Part shown: positions 20,771 to 29,785 of the stretch, piece by piece
Numbering within the stretch: position 1 is the first letter of the stretch
How the letters are laid out: every line of letters starts with the position of its first letter
DNA from: an uncultured bacterium
GTDB taxonomy: Bacteria > SAR324 > NAC60-12
Length of the DNA stretch: 38,347 bases
Direction of reading: 5' to 3'
NCBI GenBank assembly: GCA_964010765.1
Contig: CAXGMD010000026.1
Coordinates: forward strand, 1 to 38,347
Program-made: the position numbers and the translations under genes
The notes under the pieces: model-generated
Database searches by the model: none
Told to the model about the DNA's origin: nothing
What the model saw: the letters and a program-made list of their open reading frames with translations, nothing else

Positions 20771-21688
20771 TTAGGAGGCAGCTTTATAAACTCTTCTAGC
20801 ATTTTCAGAAAAGAGTTTTCTTTGATCGTCCGGACTGAACAATTTGACTAGATCTCTAAATGCGTCAAAGAGCTTTTCCGATGGCCAATCCTCATTTAGT
20901 TCCACAGGAAAATTTGAAGCAAAAAAACAGCGGTCAACCCCGAAGGTATCAATAATTTTTAATACGGTTTCTTTAACCAGAAAATTATTTTGCCAATCTT
21001 TATCAATGTAGGACAGCATGGAAAGCTTGACAGAGTTTTGTGGACAATCAGCTAGAGCTTGGATTCCCTCCCAATAGAATTTTTCATCTTTTAAGTCTTG
21101 CAAGGTTGGACTTCCCAGGTGTCCAAGTACTAACGGGATTTCAGGGTTTCTTTCGGATAACTTTGCTGCTTGTTTGAATTGATGAGGGTTGATCTGTAAA
21201 TCAAAGATGAGTTGAAAATCTTTGAGTTTTTCAAATCCATCACACCATGCTGGGTTTTCAAGCAAATTCCCTAGGCGTTGATTCCTTGGCCACGAAGGTT
21301 GATAATTGAGAATTTGTCGAATGCCTCTCACTTTGTTGTGATAAGTGATCTTGGCAAGCAGGTCCGCTACATTGGGATTCTCAAGGGCCAACGTTGCGAC
21401 GATATAATAGTCTCTTGTTGAATTACTAATTTGCTCTGCGACCCACTTGGTTTCGGCAAGGCAGTGATCTGCATACTCATCACCGTTCATCTCAACATGG
21501 CAGACACTGACTGCTTCGACAAAGACTCCTCCTGTGAGATCAAAACCAGAATGGTCTAAATCTTTCTCAAAATCCTGAATTCCGTAGATTTCCTTTCCAT
21601 GTGGAGCAAAAAGAACACTTGGGTCGTGTCCACTTGGAGTTTCCGATGAAATATCCCAAATATGAAAATGCGGATCCCAAAATTCCAT
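20771..21688 (-). CDS. Amidohydrolase_2 / COG3618-like protein, copy B
   Basis: DPHFHIWD, GIRQIL, GHLG, VKLS, FASNFP; colinear paralog of 16091-17002. Confidence 0.85.
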   Translation of the reverse strand: MEFWDPHFHIWDISSETPSGHDPSVLFAPHGKEIYGIQDFEKDLDHSGFDLTGGVFVEAVSVCHVEMNGDEYADHCLAETKWVAEQISNSTRDYYIVATLALENPNVADLLAKITYHNKVRGIRQILNYQPSWPRNQRLGNLLENPAWCDGFEKLKDFQLIFDLQINPHQFKQAAKLSERNPEIPLVLGHLGSPTLQDLKDEKFYWEGIQALADCPQNSVKLSMLSYIDKDWQNNFLVKETVLKIIDTFGVDRCFFASNFPVELNEDWPSEKLFDAFRDLVKLFSPDDQRKLFSENARRVYKAAS

Positions 21689-21779
21689 GTTTAGTTTTCC
21701 ATAATTAACAGTTGTTAACGCAGAAAGTTTTGCTAGGTAGGATATTGGAAGATTAATCTACTTTGAAATGTGTTTAGAA

Positions 21780-21800
21780 GGTCGGGGGTTCGCCCCGACC
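21780..21800 (-). terminator. GC-rich hairpin just after the rhaS stop (weak terminator or 3' stabiliser)
   Basis: Transcript GGUCGGGG-CGAAC-CCCCGACC followed only by UUCU; the U7 run lies before the stem. Confidence 0.55.
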
Positions 21801-21807
21801 AAAAAAA

Positions 21808-22845
21808 CTACTTGGAGGCTGCCTCCACATTTGATTTGTCATAGACTGCGAAAGGCCCCATCAAAACCCGGAGCCCCTCGGCACGAGTTGGGTCTTTCTC
21901 GACGGTGTAATAGCCCATTCGACCCGCCTTAAATGTCTCACCTGGAATGCCTTCCATTTGACCTGTTGCAATCAGATAGGTTGCATAATAGGAGAGGTAT
22001 CCTAAATCCACAAAGCTCCAGAGGGCAAATTCTGGTGCGCAATCATTCATTGTGTAGCTTACCATTTCAGCTGGTAACCCAAGACCGCTTGTTTTTACTT
22101 GGTCACACAACCCCTCATCCTGCATCGCCTTAGCAGCAGCAGCAATTCCAACGGTTGTTGGAGCCATGATCAATTTCAGATTAGGATACTTGTCAACCAG
22201 AGCCAGTGCTTGATTGTAACTTTTTTCAGATTGATCATCGCCGTAAACAACATCTACCAAGTTCAGTGATGAATATTTTGGGGCCTTTAGGGCCTCTTTC
22301 ATTGCAGCAATCCAAGCATTCTGATTGGCCGCATCTGGAGATGCAGATAAGACTGCAAAATCACCACCTGCATTACCCATGATGTTCATAGCCATATCAG
22401 CCATCACAGTTCCAGTTTCGTTGAAATCAACTTGAGCTATGAAAAGTTGTTCTCCCTCAGCGGATGGAATTGGAGAGTCCCATGTTACAACTGTCATTCC
22501 CTTGTCGCGAGCTGATTTGGCTGCTGGTGCGAGTTGGTCCCCAGCATTATTAGAGATCATGATTCCGTCTTGTCCTTGGGTAGTTGCTGTGGTGAGAATC
22601 TCAATCTGGCCGGCCACACTATTTTCAGGCGTAGGTCCTAAAAATTCTAATTTCCCAGGGTTTTGCAACTCTTTATGAGCTTCTTGAGCACCCTGATTCG
22701 CCTGATCAAAAACCAAAATTCCCAAGAACTTAGGCATCAGGACAAGATCGGCCTTCATTCCTTTCTTTGCGACAGTGTGTGCCATCAGAATTCCGCTGGA
22801 GACCATCATTGCAACAGCAGCGACAGCTAGAAATTTTTTCATCAT
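21808..22845 (-). CDS. rhaS: Rhamnose-type ABC transporter substrate-binding protein
   Basis: Signal peptide; Peripla_BP_4-type with [45 protein letters not shown] (this is the transporter rhaS, not the AraC regulator). Confidence 0.85.
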   Translation of the reverse strand: MMKKFLAVAAVAMMVSSGILMAHTVAKKGMKADLVLMPKFLGILVFDQANQGAQEAHKELQNPGKLEFLGPTPENSVAGQIEILTTATTQGQDGIMISNNAGDQLAPAAKSARDKGMTVVTWDSPIPSAEGEQLFIAQVDFNETGTVMADMAMNIMGNAGGDFAVLSASPDAANQNAWIAAMKEALKAPKYSSLNLVDVVYGDDQSEKSYNQALALVDKYPNLKLIMAPTTVGIAAAAKAMQDEGLCDQVKTSGLGLPAEMVSYTMNDCAPEFALWSFVDLGYLSYYATYLIATGQMEGIPGETFKAGRMGYYTVEKDPTRAEGLRVLMGPFAVYDKSNVEAASK

Positions 22846-22924
22846 GTGATTATCCCTTACTAGTAGGATTAATTAAATTTCCAATTGAGTAAATTAAAAG
22901 TCTGTGCATCAAAAATACTTGATA

Positions 22925-22948
22925 TCAAATCATAGGCAAACCTCCTTA
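22925..22948 (-). other. Perfect Shine-Dalgarno followed by a two-codon mini-ORF (ATG ATT TGA)
   Basis: Minus strand TAAGGAGGT (22948-22940), 6-nt spacer, ATG ATT TGA (22933-22925). Confidence 0.5.
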
Positions 22949-22956
22949 AAGATTCA

Positions 22957-23922
22957 TTATGAGCGAGATGTCCGGAGAGATTCCCAATAATTTTTCAGAT
23001 TGGGAACCATCGCAGAGAATATTAGTAACATACCGATTACACCAGTCTGAAGATGTCCTGTTATGTTACTTAAAGACATTCCGTTTCTCAGATAGAGTAC
23101 TATCAGAATAGAGAGGATTACACCATAGATTGATCCAGAACCACCGAAAATACTGACACCACCGAGCAGTACCATCGTTATGATGTCAAGCTCAAAACCA
23201 AGTCCCATATCTCCCCGAACTGAGCCCAGTCGAGCAGCAAAAAGAATCCCAGCCAAAGCAGATATGAGACCTGACAAAGTGAAGAGAATCAATTTGACAG
23301 CAGTGACATTAATCCCAGAATAGCGAGCCATGTCTTTATTAATTCCAATTACATAAACATATCGACCGAAGCCTGTGAAGCGGAGTACCATAACGGCAAG
23401 GATCAGCAGAAGAAAAAAAATAATCACAGCTAACGGAAGAGGACCTAAAATTGGCTGCTGACCAAGTTCTTCAAACCAGCTTGGAAAAACACGAATTGAT
23501 CGATCTTCTACTAAAACTCTGGCCAGGCCTCGGAAGCCAATTAGCATCGCAAGAGTGACGACGAGGGAGGGCAAGTTCATGAAAGTCACCCAAAAGCCGT
23601 TGAACAAGCCTCCTAGCATGCCGATCAGTAAGCAAATAGCTAATGCTGTTGGCATTGAAGCTCCTGCATCCACCAGCCATCCCAGGGCACATGCTGCAAG
23701 TCCCATCATTGAGGCAACCGAGAGATCAATCTCTGCGTTAATGATGATGAATGCCATGATCAAGGCGATGATGACCTTTTCAATCGCAAGCGTAAATAGA
23801 TTAATCTGGTTGTCAATACTCAGAAAAGCATCGGAATTTACTGCATTGACGCTAATAGTTAGAATCAGAACTAAACAGAGAAAGCTTTCCCAACTTCTTA
23901 GATACTTCCAAACATTCGTCAT
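22957..23922 (-). CDS. rhaQ: Sugar ABC transporter permease (RhaQ-like)
   Basis: BPD_transp_2: [45 protein letters not shown]. Confidence 0.82.
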   Translation of the reverse strand: MTNVWKYLRSWESFLCLVLILTISVNAVNSDAFLSIDNQINLFTLAIEKVIIALIMAFIIINAEIDLSVASMMGLAACALGWLVDAGASMPTALAICLLIGMLGGLFNGFWVTFMNLPSLVVTLAMLIGFRGLARVLVEDRSIRVFPSWFEELGQQPILGPLPLAVIIFFLLLILAVMVLRFTGFGRYVYVIGINKDMARYSGINVTAVKLILFTLSGLISALAGILFAARLGSVRGDMGLGFELDIITMVLLGGVSIFGGSGSIYGVILSILIVLYLRNGMSLSNITGHLQTGVIGMLLIFSAMVPNLKNYWESLRTSRS

Positions 23923-23929
23923 CGATTTC

Positions 23930-24952
23930 CTAGGTTTCTGGAGAACTTCGGGCCTGTTTTCTAGCCCAATACAATTGAAAGCGCTTCATAATAACGCTGT
24001 CAGTTGCAACAGAAATTAAAATCAAGAGTCCCAACAAGGCATCTCGCCAGAATTCACTAATCTGCAACCAGCGGATCAGACTGTTTTCTAACAAATCGAT
24101 AAGAACTGCGCCTAAGAATGCTCCAAAGGCGCTCCCTGAACCGCCAAAGATATTCACACCCCCGACGACGACAGCAGCAACAGATTTAAGTTCAAAGCCA
24201 ATTCCGGCCACAACGGTAATGTTTCCAAAGCGAGCCAGGAACATGAATCCAGTTAAACCCGCAAGAGCGCCACAGAGCAGGAATGCTGTCAGGACCATCT
24301 TCTGATTTGCAAAACCGGCCATTTTTGCGGCTTCTGGATTTGAGCCGATTGCATAAAGCTTTCGACCAAAGGTTGTGTATTTGAGCACTATTTGGAATAG
24401 AATCACGACCACAACCATCCCAACGACTAGAACTCGTAGATGTAATCGGTCAAAGCTAATGAGGTTCAAGCTTGGGAGATCAAGCAGCCACCTCGGAAGG
24501 TTGACTGTCAATACGGTTTGAGCGTCTGAATACTCCACCAACAAAGTACGGTAAAGAGCCATTGTGCCCAAGGTGACAATGATGGATGGTATCCGGCAAT
24601 AGGCTACTAAGATCCCATTGATTCCACCCATCAATGTTCCAACTCCCACTGCGAGAAAGATTGCCAGCAATGGGTGCATATCACCATATTGTGATAGCTG
24701 ATACCCCACAAAATAAGCTGTGAATCCAACAATTGAACCGACAGACAAATCAATATTGCGTGTTAAAACAACCATGGTTTGCCCGATTGCCAAGACTGCC
24801 ATCAGGGCTACACTGGCAGAAACCCTGTTGAAAAGTCGGGCATTCAAGTAGTTTTCTATCACTGAACTGAATACGATCAGAACTAGTGCAATCAAGACCA
24901 GAAGGACCAACTCTCTCAGTTTTTCGGGTCGCAGTCCTTGAATGGCGTTCAT
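23930..24952 (-). CDS. rhaP: Sugar ABC transporter permease (RhaP-like)
   Basis: [56 protein letters not shown]. Confidence 0.82.
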   Translation of the reverse strand: MNAIQGLRPEKLRELVLLVLIALVLIVFSSVIENYLNARLFNRVSASVALMAVLAIGQTMVVLTRNIDLSVGSIVGFTAYFVGYQLSQYGDMHPLLAIFLAVGVGTLMGGINGILVAYCRIPSIIVTLGTMALYRTLLVEYSDAQTVLTVNLPRWLLDLPSLNLISFDRLHLRVLVVGMVVVVILFQIVLKYTTFGRKLYAIGSNPEAAKMAGFANQKMVLTAFLLCGALAGLTGFMFLARFGNITVVAGIGFELKSVAAVVVGGVNIFGGSGSAFGAFLGAVLIDLLENSLIRWLQISEFWRDALLGLLILISVATDSVIMKRFQLYWARKQARSSPET

Positions 24953-26460
24953 GCAGTCTCCTGTAGTTCTCCCATAGCGAGTGACATGATAGACTCTTGA
25001 GTGGCCTGAGAACCATCCAAAATACCCATCTGTCTGCCCTCTCGCATCACCAATACCCGATCACTCATTGCTAGTACCTCTGGGAGATCTGAGGAAATAC
25101 AGAGAATCGCCATGCCTTGGTCAGCCAGTTCACGAATCATGTTGTGTACTTCTGCCTTAGCTCCGACATCAATACCTCTGGTCGGTTCGTCCAGAATGAA
25201 AACTTTTGGTTGCGTATTGAGCCATTTGCTGAACATTACTTTTTGTTGATTGCCTCCGGACAGTTTGCCGACCTCGTGTGCTAAATTTGGAGTCTTGATT
25301 TGAAGCCGGTTCTTGAATTCTTCAGCAGTTGATTTTTCTGACTCTGTACGGATCAAGCCCAGTCTTCCCAAGTATCTTTTCAAAGCTGGTAAGGTTATGT
25401 TTGAAGTGATGGAAAGTGGCATTGCCAATCCCAACTTTCTTCGATCCTCAGTCATGTACGCAATACCAAGATTTTGTGCAGCTTGAGGACTTCGAATACT
25501 TACGTTCTGCCCATCTAAATCAATGACTCCTGAGTCATTGGGTTGGATTCCGAACAAAGCCAGTCCAACATCAGTTCTTCTTGAACCAACTAATCCTGCA
25601 AAACCTAAAACTTCTCCCTCGTGCAGATCGAACTCTATTCCTGAAAAAACTGCCTCCTTGCTTAGATTTTGGACTGACAACACGCACTTGCCGTAGTTTT
25701 TCTTTTGCCTAGTTGCATAGAATTGATCGACTTCCCGGCCAACCATCTCCCTAATTAACTGTTCCCGGCTAAATTCCTCAACAGATCTGGTAGAAATGTG
25801 CTCGCCATCTCGAAGTACCGTGATTCTATCTGCAATCTCAAAAACTTCATCTAATCGGTGACTGATAAATAAAACAGCCACGTTTTCTTGTTTGAGTTTT
25901 CTAGCAACCTTGAAAAGTTGTTCCACCTCGTGGTTTGAAAGAGAAGCAGTGGGCTCGTCCATGATCAAAACTTTGACATTCAATGAAATTGCTTTTGCGA
26001 TTTCTACGGCTTGCTGAGATGCCAAGGTAAGTCCACTGGCTGGTGCCCGTACATCCAATATCATCCCGAGATCTGAAAGGATTTTATGAGCGTCTTCATA
26101 CATTTTTTTCCACTGAACCCAAATCCCTCTGGCTCGGTGGCTGATGAAAATGTTCTCAGCAACATCTAGATCTGGAAAGACCATTGGCTCTTGGTAAATG
26201 GCCGCAATCCCGAGAGCCTGAGCCTCCTGTGAGCTGCTAAGTTGGACGCCATTCCCAGAAAAAAACATTTCGCCGTCATCAGGTTGCTGGATGCCGGTTA
26301 GAATTTTGATCAGAGTGGATTTCCCTGCTCCATTTTCTCCTACTAGTGCATGGATTTCACCCGGAAAGAGTTCGAGAGACACCTCTTTGAGAGCTTGTGT
26401 CATATCAAACCGCTTAGAAAGATTACTAACCTTAAGAATAGGAGATGGTTTGGAATTCAC
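24949..26460 (-). CDS. rhaT: Sugar ABC transporter ATP-binding protein (two ABC domains, RhaT-like)
   Basis: GENGAGKST Walker [33 protein letters not shown] start; ATGA overlap with rhaP. Confidence 0.88.
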   Translation of the reverse strand: MNSKPSPILKVSNLSKRFDMTQALKEVSLELFPGEIHALVGENGAGKSTLIKILTGIQQPDDGEMFFSGNGVQLSSSQEAQALGIAAIYQEPMVFPDLDVAENIFISHRARGIWVQWKKMYEDAHKILSDLGMILDVRAPASGLTLASQQAVEIAKAISLNVKVLIMDEPTASLSNHEVEQLFKVARKLKQENVAVLFISHRLDEVFEIADRITVLRDGEHISTRSVEEFSREQLIREMVGREVDQFYATRQKKNYGKCVLSVQNLSKEAVFSGIEFDLHEGEVLGFAGLVGSRRTDVGLALFGIQPNDSGVIDLDGQNVSIRSPQAAQNLGIAYMTEDRRKLGLAMPLSITSNITLPALKRYLGRLGLIRTESEKSTAEEFKNRLQIKTPNLAHEVGKLSGGNQQKVMFSKWLNTQPKVFILDEPTRGIDVGAKAEVHNMIRELADQGMAILCISSDLPEVLAMSDRVLVMREGRQMGILDGSQATQESIMSLAMGELQETA

Positions 26461-26481
26461 TTATTATTCATTAATTAATAG

Positions 26482-26799
26482 TCAGTCCATATGCCACTGA
26501 AGCGGCAGCAAGAAGGGGAAGTTTTTCTGAGAATCTATTTCGATCTTCATAATTGGAGTCATATACTCACCCCAGCGCCTATTCACATCACTAGCATTGA
26601 TCGCTGCAATTGTTTGCTCCAAGTCTTTCGTTTCAAAGTAGCCAAAAAGAGTAAGTCCATGCCGAAAAATCGAGTAGTTTTGAACTCCCGCCTTTCGAAG
26701 CATGTCAACCATTTCTGGCCATATTTCATCATGACGCTTTTTGTATTCATCCTCATAGCCAGGACGTACTTCTAAAACCCATGCAAATTGCTGGTTCAT
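26482..26799 (-). CDS. rhaM: L-rhamnose mutarotase
   Basis: EYKKRHDEIWPEM, NYSIF, LFGYFE, RWGEYM; 105 aa. Confidence 0.92.
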   Translation of the reverse strand: MNQQFAWVLEVRPGYEDEYKKRHDEIWPEMVDMLRKAGVQNYSIFRHGLTLFGYFETKDLEQTIAAINASDVNRRWGEYMTPIMKIEIDSQKNFPFLLPLQWHMD

Positions 26800-27680
26800 A
26801 CAACTTCCGGTTGAAGTTCAGTTGTTGGTGATGAAGACTGCCTTCTAAACTCCTGAATCCGATAAATCGAATCAGGATTCGGCGGGCGTGGAAACGGCAT
26901 GATGATATGTTCAGGCTCGCTCCTGGGGTGCAGGGTACTTCTCCCTAGTACAATCTTTTCTTCAAACTCTTGAAAGTCTCCGTAAACTTCAAAATCAACC
27001 AGAGGCCAGGCATCTGCAGAAGCGTATTCAAAAAGAAGTAGTCGACGTGGACGATTTGAAAAATTTGGACTAGACCCATGTAATGCTTTCACATGATGGA
27101 AACTTGCTGAACCAGCTGGACCTGTCAATTTTACTGCTGTGGAAAGATCAATGTTCTCAGAATCAGGATTAACTGATCCACTGAACACCCCTTGGAAGTG
27201 ATGGTTCAGAGTTTTGCCCTGATGGCTGCCCGGAACAATCATTAGCGGAGCGTTATTTTCATCAATATCATCAATCATAATGCCTACTGCTAAGAGATCG
27301 GCATTGGTATGCGGATAAAAAGCCCAGTCTTGATGCCAGTCAACAGCTGCACCTCCATTAGCCTCTTTTATGTTGAGCTTGCTGTTTCTGAAGCGGATGT
27401 TTTCGCCAATTAATTTGCTCAGAATCTCTAGTATCTTAGGTTTTCTGACAGCTGCTGCAAAAACAGGGTGTTGTTTGTGAGGCACCTTGATTCTTTGTAC
27501 CCTCGGATTCTGGCTAGAGTGATTTTGCTCCAGATCAAATTTTTCATCAGAGGTTATGTGATTCCTTGATTCTTCAATCAATTCATCTGTGGCTAGTTGA
27601 AGATCATGCACTTCTTCTTTGTTAAACAGGCCCTCAATACAGGTAAAGCCCGCTTGCTGATACTCCTCGATCATACTCAT
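26796..27680 (-). CDS. PhyH-family Fe(II)/2-oxoglutarate dioxygenase
   Basis: WHQD (HxD), NAPLMIVPGSH, GPAGSASFHH..LHGS, NRPRR; ATGA overlap with rhaM. Confidence 0.88.
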   Translation of the reverse strand: MSMIEEYQQAGFTCIEGLFNKEEVHDLQLATDELIEESRNHITSDEKFDLEQNHSSQNPRVQRIKVPHKQHPVFAAAVRKPKILEILSKLIGENIRFRNSKLNIKEANGGAAVDWHQDWAFYPHTNADLLAVGIMIDDIDENNAPLMIVPGSHQGKTLNHHFQGVFSGSVNPDSENIDLSTAVKLTGPAGSASFHHVKALHGSSPNFSNRPRRLLLFEYASADAWPLVDFEVYGDFQEFEEKIVLGRSTLHPRSEPEHIIMPFPRPPNPDSIYRIQEFRRQSSSPTTELQPEVV

Positions 27681-27687
27681 GATTTGC

Positions 27688-28746
27688 TCAATTACAGATG
27701 ATGGTTTCTTCTGATTTGGCGGATTTGTAGAGGGCTTCCAGAACCTGGACAGTTTTGAGACCTACCTCATGATTTCCACAATTTCTCCGACTTTTCCCTC
27801 TACAGATATCGATGAATCGATTCATCGATTCTTGTGTAGAATAAGAACCAAATCCACCATTCTTGTCAATCTGAACGAAGATGTCTTGTTTATCGAATCG
27901 TCTGATTTGCAAACGTTCCCGCTCTGGTTCTACATCTAAGAGCATCATTCCTTCACTGCCATAGATTTTTAGATCCAGTTGAGGTGGACAATGCTTTGGT
28001 AGTCCTGCTGCACCTGATAAGACAGCAGAGGCACCGTTGCCAAAACTAATAATTGCTGAGTCGTAATAATCTGCACCTGTCTTAGAATTTACTGTGCGAG
28101 CAAATACACTGACTGGTTCCAAAGATGTCACAAAAAAAAGCGCTGCAAGAGCATGTGAAAGCTGACCCCATCCATAGCCTCCAGCACGATTTGGATCTGC
28201 CCAAGTGGATGAATGAGGTCGGTACATGTGCTTTTCTGTTTCAGCCATGGGCTCACCACCAAAAAGATCCATTAATGCAGAAGACATATGTAAGGCAACG
28301 TGTTGGATTTTACCAATACTTCCCATTTCAACTTGGTCGGCAGCTGACTCCATGTAGTGGGTATGATTCAGCCCATAAGGTGTCATCAAAGTTTTTCCAG
28401 TTTTGCGCGCAATTGAACAAAGTGCTTCTGCATCTTCTGTCGAGGTTGCCATTGGCTTTTCCACCAAAACATGGCAGCCCTTTTCTAGGGCGTACTTCGC
28501 ATGCTCTGCATGGAAAACATGCGGTGAAGCTACGATTACACCATCTGGGTTGAGTGCATATAGCTCCGTATGATCTTCACTGACGAATGGAGTCTCAAAG
28601 TGTTTTTGGATTTGTTGCAGTTCAGTTGGGCCAATTCTAGAAACCCCAACAAGCTCTGCGTTTGGATTGGCGAGGATATGAGGAAGATGAAACTCACAGG
28701 CCCACCATCCAGCTCCAACCACAATAATTTTTGATTTTTTACTCAT
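27688..28746 (-). CDS. Gfo/Idh/MocA family oxidoreductase
   Basis: VVGAGWWA Rossmann motif, VIVASP, HVLVEKPMA, GGYGWGQLSH; first gene of the operon. Confidence 0.88.
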   Translation of the reverse strand: MSKKSKIIVVGAGWWACEFHLPHILANPNAELVGVSRIGPTELQQIQKHFETPFVSEDHTELYALNPDGVIVASPHVFHAEHAKYALEKGCHVLVEKPMATSTEDAEALCSIARKTGKTLMTPYGLNHTHYMESAADQVEMGSIGKIQHVALHMSSALMDLFGGEPMAETEKHMYRPHSSTWADPNRAGGYGWGQLSHALAALFFVTSLEPVSVFARTVNSKTGADYYDSAIISFGNGASAVLSGAAGLPKHCPPQLDLKIYGSEGMMLLDVEPERERLQIRRFDKQDIFVQIDKNGGFGSYSTQESMNRFIDICRGKSRRNCGNHEVGLKTVQVLEALYKSAKSEETIICN

Positions 28747-28975
28747 TGGGAATTACGGGATCAAATCATTCAAAAAAAATTGACCTCAATTTTTCAAAGA
28801 GAACTTTGCAATCAATTTTTGGTGGAAAAACTGAACGAATCACCAGATTATTTCAGGTTTTTTTCTAATTATGGGTTCAAAAATCTTGAACTAACCTGCA
28901 TGATATATGATATAGCTTGTAATACCTATAGCACTCCTTTGATTTGTTCAATAGAAAACTTGGGAGGTCAAAATC

Positions 28976-29659
28976 ATGATCACTTGGCAGGAATCTAATA
29001 TAGAGCGACCCAAATCATTGGTTCAGATCGCTGCGGATGCAATCAGGGGGGGGATTATACTTCGTGAGTTGGTCTTGGGGCAGCCTCTCACGGAGGCTGG
29101 TTTGGCAAAAACGCTTGGTATCAGTAAAACTCCGGTCAGAGAAGGCCTATCTCTATTGCGTTCAGAAGGCCTTGTAGTCGCTGAGCCTCATCGTGGCTAC
29201 CGAGTTTTCAGTATGACACAAGAGGAACTAGTCGATTTTTGTGAATTGCGTTTTGCCTTGGAATCCCAGGCATTACGGTATGCGATGCGACGTCAACCAG
29301 GAAAGCTTTCCAAACAGCTCCAGCAAATCTTGACCGAAATGGAGGACAACTTTAGTCCAGAGAATCGTGAGAAGTACTTAGAGTTGGACACAAACTTCCA
29401 CAAGAGCTTTTTCAGCTGTGCCGAAAGTAGATTCCTGCTTCAACATTACGAAAATATCAATGCCATCATTGAGACGGTACGCCACTATATTTCTGGGACC
29501 GATGAAGCAACGGGAAATGCTTATGAGGATCACAAAAAGATTACGGAATGCCTCATTAATAGTGATCTTGTAGGTGCACTTGAACATTTGGAAGCGCACA
29601 TTGTCAACTGGTCCAAACGCAGTAATTTGAAAGCAAATCTCTCGGAGGCCATCAAGTAA
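28976..29659 (+). CDS. GntR family transcriptional regulator (FCD domain)
   Basis: wHTH LTEAGLAKTLGISKTPVREGLSLL; ELRFALE, DTNFH, EDHKKI, LEAHI; GGAGG SD; divergent from the sugar operon. Confidence 0.9.
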   Translation: MITWQESNIERPKSLVQIAADAIRGGIILRELVLGQPLTEAGLAKTLGISKTPVREGLSLLRSEGLVVAEPHRGYRVFSMTQEELVDFCELRFALESQALRYAMRRQPGKLSKQLQQILTEMEDNFSPENREKYLELDTNFHKSFFSCAESRFLLQHYENINAIIETVRHYISGTDEATGNAYEDHKKITECLINSDLVGALEHLEAHIVNWSKRSNLKANLSEAIK

Positions 29660-29785
29660 ACGAAAGAAGATTGTTTTCACTTCCTGCCAATTTTCTCTTG
29701 CCATCCTCTCCTTCCAAGAGTACCAAATTTGCTAAATATCTGATCAAGTCCGTCCTATTTCCAAGAACCCGAGTAACGAATCTGC

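Noticed and set aside
21705..21718. TTAACA-GT-TGTTAA palindrome before amidohydrolase B
   Set aside because: 6-bp AT-rich arms, not repeated in the other spacers of the locus; could be chance.
28780..28998. 72-aa ORF in the divergent promoter region
   Set aside because: TTG start without SD, no recognisable motif, occupies expected promoter/operator DNA and overlaps gntR.
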